From assembly GCA_049513715.1 (NCBI GenBank), contig JBEKVV010000006.1:32001-96000 (forward strand): DNA of 64,000 bases. The letters are read 5' to 3'. Shown piece by piece: positions 58,246-64,000 of this stretch. The notes below the pieces were generated by a model. That model did not search any database, was not told where the DNA came from, and saw only the letters and a program-made list of their open reading frames with translations. The stretch is from Candidatus Bathyarchaeia archaeon (GTDB taxonomy: Archaea; Thermoproteota; Bathyarchaeia; 40CM-2-53-6). The position numbers were made by a program, and so were the translations under genes. Positions within the stretch are counted from its first letter, which is position 1, and each line of letters begins with the position of its first letter.

Positions 58246-58977
58246 TCAGCGTGGGGGTTTTTCGGCTAACCAAGCGACGCTTTTTACAGTGACGCCACCT
58301 GAGCAACAGCTTTCAGGAAGAGCAGGGCTTTCGTCGAGAGGTTTGATTTTCTGGAACCCTACTTCCTGCAGCAATCTTTCATATTCTTCCATGGTCACCG
58401 CGCCTGCAATGCATTCGGCCCACTCGTCAGGATCGATCGGTTGTGTGAACTTACTCGAAGCTACCATGTCAGATACTGCGATCCTGCCGCCGGGTTTGAG
58501 CACGCGATAGATTTCTTTGAATGCAAGAGCTTTGTCGGGAACAAGGTTCAGGACACAGTTGCTGATCACAACATCTATCGAGTCGCTTTCAACTGGCAAG
58601 TGTTCGATCTCGCCCAAACGAAATTCCACGTTTTCGTAAGCGTACTTCTTGGCTAACTCTCTGGCTTTGAAGATCATCTCAGGGGTAGAATCAATCCCGA
58701 TAACCTTCCCGGTTGGGCCAACCAACTTTGATGCGCGGAAGACATCAATTCCTCCACCGCTTCCAAGGTCAACTACAATTTCGCCTTGGCGTAGTGATGC
58801 GTGTAATACTGGGCTTCCGCAGCTCGCGGCCGACGCCACAGACTCCTTTGGAAGTCTTTCGCCAGCGGTGATCACTTGCTCACCACAGCAAGCTTCGTTG
58901 CGGGCCACCCCAGCATACTTTCGCCTTACCGCCTCTTTGATCTGCACTTCGGTTAATTCTGCCAAGGGCGAATTCAC
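58246..58977 (-). CDS. arsM: Arsenite S-adenosylmethionine methyltransferase-like
   Basis: SCGSP, DLGSGGGIDV, FRLGEIEHLP, VISNCVLNL, WAECIAGA. Confidence 0.82.
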   Translation of the reverse strand: MNSPLAELTEVQIKEAVRRKYAGVARNEACCGEQVITAGERLPKESVASAASCGSPVLHASLRQGEIVVDLGSGGGIDVFRASKLVGPTGKVIGIDSTPEMIFKARELAKKYAYENVEFRLGEIEHLPVESDSIDVVISNCVLNLVPDKALAFKEIYRVLKPGGRIAVSDMVASSKFTQPIDPDEWAECIAGAVTMEEYERLLQEVGFQKIKPLDESPALPESCCSGGVTVKSVAWLAEKPPR

Positions 58978-59058
58978 CTACTGCTTACAGGTAGTAGAAG
59001 ATGATAAAAAGCCTGCCCAACTGGTTCTACGGAGAACAAGGAGAACTCCGGTCTTCTT

Positions 59059-59838
59059 CTAGCTCCTGTAGCAGCAACGGGGGCTCTCGAAATACTCGCG
59101 GCTCATGTGCACGATAACTGAGTCCTGAGTCAAGATGGCGTGGCATCGCTCAGTCTTCCACTCGGACGAGGAGATCACAGTTCTGCCATCGACGAGAGTG
59201 ATCCAACAGTCCTGACAATTCGATGTCGTCTCTCGGGTTTCAGTGAAGCGCGCTCGGTCGACCTTTTTCAGGATTTTCTTTGGAGCAGCGAGCCTCACTT
59301 TCACCCCACGTTTGTGGAGGTTGGCCAAATGTGGTTCTAACCTGTCATAGATGGCCAGTTCAGGGATGAATGTGATGGCCTCGTGGGTAGCGCTCTTGAG
59401 GAGTTCAACTGTTCTGGTGAGTACGTTTTCGAGCCCTTTCACGACATACGCTAGTTCAACATCGTTCCGCTCCTTCCGCGTGTAGAGTGGTTCAAGAAGA
59501 ATCGTAAGTTTGTTGAGTCTGTCAACTCGGCTCTCATAATCTTGAGTCATCATGGACTTCAACTTGCCAAGGGCCTCTTTTGGGGGCAAAGCTCTGTAAT
59601 GCTTCGGAACACCCTCGCTGACCACAACTAGGCCTTTCTTCTGAAGCTCTTCTAAGGCGAAGTAGATCTTTGAATCTGGAATGCTTGCCTCAGTGCACAA
59701 CTGCGTCGCAGAAACATCTTGGTTCCGAGTAAGGGCTAGGTACGCCTGGGCTTCGTAAGTTGTAAGACCTGAATCACGCAACTGATTCAGTACACTCTTC
59801 GTTGCTTCACTAGTAAGCCTACTCTGGACGGATGCCAT
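59059..59838 (-). CDS. TrmB family regulator with Cys-rich C-terminus
   Basis: GLTTYEAQAYLAL, IPDSKIY..L..L.KKGLV, P.HYRALPP; ends PRCCYRS. Confidence 0.85.
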   Translation of the reverse strand: MASVQSRLTSEATKSVLNQLRDSGLTTYEAQAYLALTRNQDVSATQLCTEASIPDSKIYFALEELQKKGLVVVSEGVPKHYRALPPKEALGKLKSMMTQDYESRVDRLNKLTILLEPLYTRKERNDVELAYVVKGLENVLTRTVELLKSATHEAITFIPELAIYDRLEPHLANLHKRGVKVRLAAPKKILKKVDRARFTETRETTSNCQDCWITLVDGRTVISSSEWKTERCHAILTQDSVIVHMSREYFESPRCCYRS

Positions 59839-60042
59839 GCTTCGCACACCAGGTGCAGAGACGCCGTTTGTACAAGATAACGTTTCTCCTTACTAGTGGT
59901 AGTAGCCAGCTGATTCACATGTATCTTTCCTCTTTAATGGGGTAGCTTTGGCGATTGCACGCCCAGCATGTTCCGATTGCTACTACAGACGTAGGAGGAA
60001 GATTTTAATACATGAAAATCCATTCGGCCCACTTGATGAGAA

Positions 60043-60483
60043 ATGACCTCGAAACTAATGGCATTCATGTTCCCCAAAGCCACGAGTAAGGGTCAATACG
60101 CATACGTCGCTCTCAGGCTGGCTATTGCCGCGTTTTGGCTCAACTCTGATCTGCCACGTTGGGTTAGCTTAGCTGCTGGAAACCCACAAGCGAACGGCAT
60201 CGTTCGAAACCTCTTCGGAGCCAGCATGGTTGTACCTCTAACTTACCTTTTCACAACCCTAGAAACTCTCGGAGCAATTGCCCTAATCCTAGGGCTACTC
60301 ACAAGACTGACCTCCGTCTGGGCAATTGTGGAATTCGCAATAACGGGCACTACTGGCGTCATGGGCGGCAGCGCAGGGCTGGCCAAGGACTTCGGCCTGT
60401 TGGCTGGCGCTTTGGTGTTGCTCGCGAATGGAAGCCCGCTGCTGAGTATTGACGGGCTAATCGCGAAGAAAACCAACAAATAG
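60043..60483 (+). CDS. DoxX family membrane protein
   Basis: ALRLA, ETLGAIALILGLLTR, KDFGLL, LSIDG. Confidence 0.8.
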   Translation: MTSKLMAFMFPKATSKGQYAYVALRLAIAAFWLNSDLPRWVSLAAGNPQANGIVRNLFGASMVVPLTYLFTTLETLGAIALILGLLTRLTSVWAIVEFAITGTTGVMGGSAGLAKDFGLLAGALVLLANGSPLLSIDGLIAKKTNK

Positions 60484-61423
60484 CGCAGAACATGGGTACC
60501 CAAACGCTGACTAGACAGCCCTCAACACATTCCCTGGCCACCTACGGAAGGTCGTCTAGGCACTGGACATCATGTAGAATTACGAGAGCTTACAGTATTC
60601 ACCTATGCAATTCATAAGAAGCAACCGAAAAGGAGATTCTCTGGTCGCTTGCCGCGTCGCAATGATGGAAAGATCTTCAATCTCTGATTTTTGTTCTCTT
60701 TAACAAACTCCGCCTAAAGTAACGAACGGAAGAATGTTGCCTGCCACGTTAGCTCACGTTCCGCATTCCATCCTTGAGTGATGGAGGCACGATGAAAAAG
60801 CGCAGAGTGCTCCACTAAGTAGAAACACGTTTTTGTTTTCCGGAGGCGATATATTGAGGATTGAAAATGAAACGCAATCCAGGAGCAATGGCCATCCCGG
60901 CTCCCTCGATGATGGTTATCGGAACACCGCCTTTGAAAGCGCCAGCGTGGGCATGCTTGGGATCATTCGACTGGATGAATCATCCTCAGCGCTTAAAGCG
61001 CATGCAATTCTGATTCCTTCGGAGAAGTGAGAACGCATGTCTGGCGTGTGGGGTAAGATTGATGCGGCGATGAACTGGATAGCTACTAACGCAAGGTCGT
61101 TCAGTTACTTGCTTCCAGACACATTGGAGCTGGCACTCTATCTAACCCTAGTAGCATACCTGTCAATCCAACTTGCACAACAACAAATGTAAACGGCAGG
61201 TCGTAGAGTAAGATACCAAACATACTGATTTCAAAAAACTGCAGTCGACATGCTTGAGTTTCCGTTACCGCGCCTCCGAAAAAGACTGCGAAAATCACTG
61301 GATACTCAAGTAACAAATTGTATGCTCTTCACTCCAAATCAGCATACACTTCAAGTTCACTTAAATGCTGGACGTTAGGTGTTCCCCGTAACGCACAGCT
61401 TCACATTCATCAATGTGTGGCAA

Positions 61424-61735
61424 TCAATTGATCGGGTATTCATCGATGAATAGCGTTGTCATCTTGCTCGTAAAAGTCTCCGAATCTTTCTGCGTCAGTT
61501 GGCCTTCTGACGAGGCGAAAGCTTTCTTCATGCTGTCCGTGTCATCAAACCACAGCTCAACGAGCCCGTTGTATTCTGGTTCCCGATTCGGCCGACGCTT
61601 GACCACATTCACAACATACTTTCTAAGCCCGGGCATTTTCCTAGCGATGGGCGAGTGAATATTCAGCCAATATTCTGAGAACTGTTCCTCTGTCATATTG
61701 TCCTTCTTGTTCAAGAGGATGATTAACTTGAACAT
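61424..61735 (-). CDS. EthD family protein
   Basis: EQFSEYWLNIHSPIA..MPGLRKYV, YNGLVELWFD. Confidence 0.85.
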   Translation of the reverse strand: MFKLIILLNKKDNMTEEQFSEYWLNIHSPIARKMPGLRKYVVNVVKRRPNREPEYNGLVELWFDDTDSMKKAFASSEGQLTQKDSETFTSKMTTLFIDEYPIN

Positions 61736-61774
61736 TCAACGTCACCCGCGGAGGCGATTTAGCCGTGGTTGCTG

Positions 61775-62674
61775 TTAACGGTTTTCATTCGACTTCTCGC
61801 TGAATGAGATTAGTAGAATGCTGCTGATTATCAACGCTAGGCCGACGAGTGAGTCATAGGAAAGTGTCTCTCCAAAGAACAGGAATGCCAACGAAACTGC
61901 TCCAATCGGTTCCGTGATAGCGAAGACGCTCGCCTTGGTCGCATCAACCAATTTCAACCCAGTCAGGTAGAACATGTAAGCCATTGTTGTAGGTATGATT
62001 CCAACCGCGGCCACAAGTTCCCACGCGAGCAGACTTTGAGGCAATCGAGTAGCCTCCAACGCAACCACTAGTGGGACGAAAAATACGGCCCCGAATAATA
62101 GTGCGAAGAATGACGTTACCGCGGCCTCGCGATTTCTTCCCAGGACCTTACCAAAAATATACCAAGTGGCATAGGCCAAGCCTGAACCTAAGGCGAGCCA
62201 ATCACCAACCTGGGTTCTGGACGCGAACAGGTGCTCTCCTCGAAGCAAACCCATGATCAGAAATGCACCTGAAATGGAAAGCACGACTGCGACAATCTTC
62301 CGTCGGGTCAACTTCTCCTTCAGAACAAACCATGACAGTACTGCTACAAACCCCGGAGCGGTATACAGTAAAGCGGCGGCGTGTTGGACGCTTGTATAAG
62401 CAAATGAGGTGAAATAGAGAGACTCGAACACGGTGAGGCTGCAGAATCCAAAGGCCAGGAATAGCAAGAGCTCGCGGCGGTTCAGGGAGAATGAAGCGTG
62501 CCGTGTTGTTGCGAGAAGGCCTAGCATTGGTAGGGCAATTAAGATTCGTAGCCACGCAAGTGAAATCGGCCCTATGGTGGTATTGGCGTAGGTCCATTTC
62601 GCAAGTATGCCTGTTGTTCCCCAGAGTAAACCTGCCACCATAACCAAGATCGCTCCTCTGGTTTGATTGTTCAA
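61775..62674 (-). CDS. EamA/DMT transporter
   Basis: LWGTTG, LLYTAP, LKEKL, EPIGA, FFGE; about 10 TM. Confidence 0.88.
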   Translation of the reverse strand: MNNQTRGAILVMVAGLLWGTTGILAKWTYANTTIGPISLAWLRILIALPMLGLLATTRHASFSLNRRELLLFLAFGFCSLTVFESLYFTSFAYTSVQHAAALLYTAPGFVAVLSWFVLKEKLTRRKIVAVVLSISGAFLIMGLLRGEHLFASRTQVGDWLALGSGLAYATWYIFGKVLGRNREAAVTSFFALLFGAVFFVPLVVALEATRLPQSLLAWELVAAVGIIPTTMAYMFYLTGLKLVDATKASVFAITEPIGAVSLAFLFFGETLSYDSLVGLALIISSILLISFSEKSNENR

Positions 62675-62784
62675 TGCAACTTCCTCAATGGGGCCCGGGA
62701 ACAGTTTGGAATTGTGACCTCTAAATAGCCATTCGGATGTCTAGGGTCGAGCGAACTTTAGACGCAAATGAGGGCTGTCCCTAA

Positions 62785-63654
62785 ATGTTTCCATCGAAGG
62801 GTATCGGGGCACTGTTAGTTGCGTCGGTTTCTTTCGGCTCCAGCGCAATTTTGGTCAGGTTCGCAACCGAGGCATCAACAGTCTCGTTGACGTTCTTTCG
62901 GCTTTCGATTGCAGCTTTCGCCATGATTCTCCTTGCCCTTTCCAGTCGCAGCCTAAGGCGTCTAGATAGGCACGACTTAATGCTTGTCGCTGTTGCGGGC
63001 GCGTTTCTCAGCCTGCATTTCGCTACGTTCATTTTAGCGGTTAAGGAGACCACCGTGGCTAACGCGACTTTTCTCGTGAACACGGGCCCTGTAATGCTGG
63101 CAATTCTCTCCCCGATCGTAATCAAAGAACGGACAACTTCACGGGAAGTGGTTGGGGTAGTCGTCGCGACTTTAGGAGTTCTGTTGATTGCTTATGCGGG
63201 GAACGGTTTCCGCACATTCGGGTTAGGCGATATTTCTGCAATCGCGGCGGCCTTCTTGGTTGCTGTGTACTCGCTTGTTGGCCGGCACCTACGCACAGGT
63301 GGTGTGAGCACCCAGTGTTACACATCCTATGTTTACGCCGCTGCGACTCTAGTATCACTAGCCATGACTCAACTCCTAGGCGGTGGCACGTTCAGGTCTT
63401 ACAATACGGTCAACATAGTCGCGATATTGGGTCTCGGAATCGTACCTACCTTAGTTGGGCATTCACTCTACAACTACTCCCTTGGTTCGGTGAAGGTTGT
63501 TACTGCAAATCTCTTCCCGCTCCTCGAGCCCATCATAGCTTCTATTCTGGCTGTTTTGTTATTCAGCGAAATTCCAACTCTCGCGCAGATCGGTGGATAT
63601 TCACTAGTCCTAGTATCGGTCGCGATAGTTGTCACCAGCCTACAGAAAGGATGA
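62785..63654 (+). CDS. EamA/DMT transporter
   Basis: SAILVR, FFRL, LHF, GHSLYN, LEPI. Confidence 0.88.
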   Translation: MFPSKGIGALLVASVSFGSSAILVRFATEASTVSLTFFRLSIAAFAMILLALSSRSLRRLDRHDLMLVAVAGAFLSLHFATFILAVKETTVANATFLVNTGPVMLAILSPIVIKERTTSREVVGVVVATLGVLLIAYAGNGFRTFGLGDISAIAAAFLVAVYSLVGRHLRTGGVSTQCYTSYVYAAATLVSLAMTQLLGGGTFRSYNTVNIVAILGLGIVPTLVGHSLYNYSLGSVKVVTANLFPLLEPIIASILAVLLFSEIPTLAQIGGYSLVLVSVAIVVTSLQKG

Positions 63655-63907
63655 TCATCGGGAATTCACCTTTACAACTCTGGAATTCGCGACAACGAAA
63701 ATTCATTCTATCACCGAAAAGGGTGCTGCGCTTAATTGGGGCACTTGAGAATTGGCGTTTGCTGAGTGGGTGTTGATGTTCCGCTAACCATGACAGGCGA
63801 ACCACTTGTTGGCGCAGTTTGGTGGGTAAAGCAACCTTTCAAAAGCAACCGTTCTGTACAACTTGGATGGGACAACACAGACGCTGTGCGCAACCAAGGT
63901 GAGGATT

Positions 63908-64000
63908 ATGCTTGAGATGAAGTTCGTTCGCGAAAACCCAGGTGCCGTAAGGGAGAACCTGGAACGCAGGGGCAACCCTGAACAGGTTGCTTGGGTAGAC
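63908..64000 (+). CDS. serS: Seryl-tRNA synthetase N-terminus (truncated by window edge)
   Basis: AAGGTGA SD then MLEMKFVRENPGAVRENLERRG, matching the SerRS 'MLD.K.IRENP..V...L..RG' start. Confidence 0.8.
   Translation, partial: MLEMKFVRENPGAVRENLERRGNPEQVAWVD

Noticed and set aside
60833..61316. Small ORFs 60854-61030 (+) and 61101-61316 (-); likewise 31067-31180 (+)
   Set aside because: SD-like sites are present but there are no recognisable motifs or operon coupling; possibly gene remnants, too weak to call.

Overview
A 64-kb, gene-dense archaeal segment. Evidence for an archaeal origin is GGTGA-type Shine-Dalgarno (SD) sites, frequent TTG/GTG starts, a thiolase-DUF35 pair, tungsten-type AOR plus MoaD/SAMP, TrmB and a FrhB-type subunit; a TACK/Bathyarchaeia-like source is only an inference. 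It runs from a partial F420 hydrogenase/dehydrogenase beta subunit to the start of serS. Main content: (1) an amine/amino-acid catabolic island with four class-III aminotransferases, two aldehyde dehydrogenases, a peptide ABC transporter and an interrupted saccharopine-dehydrogenase-like gene; (2) two differently arranged copies of an uncharacterised trio (Pol-beta-fold nucleotidyltransferase-like protein, GNDD-variant metallophosphoesterase, APC permease); (3) an accessory stretch at 23-35 kb where single cargo genes are bracketed by degenerate tRNA-3'-end-like 25-mers (GGTTCAA...CGCACCA) with (CA)n tails; (4) a haem cluster (rSAM, TetR, hemC-D-B, chdC, hemE, hemH/cpfC) with a shared 20-bp palindromic operator; (5) arsM with a Cys-rich TrmB. 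Several genes with conserved N-terminal domains have no in-frame ATG/GTG/TTG and appear to start at SD-positioned ACG/TCG/AAG/CTG. All calls come from reading motifs by eye; no searches were run.
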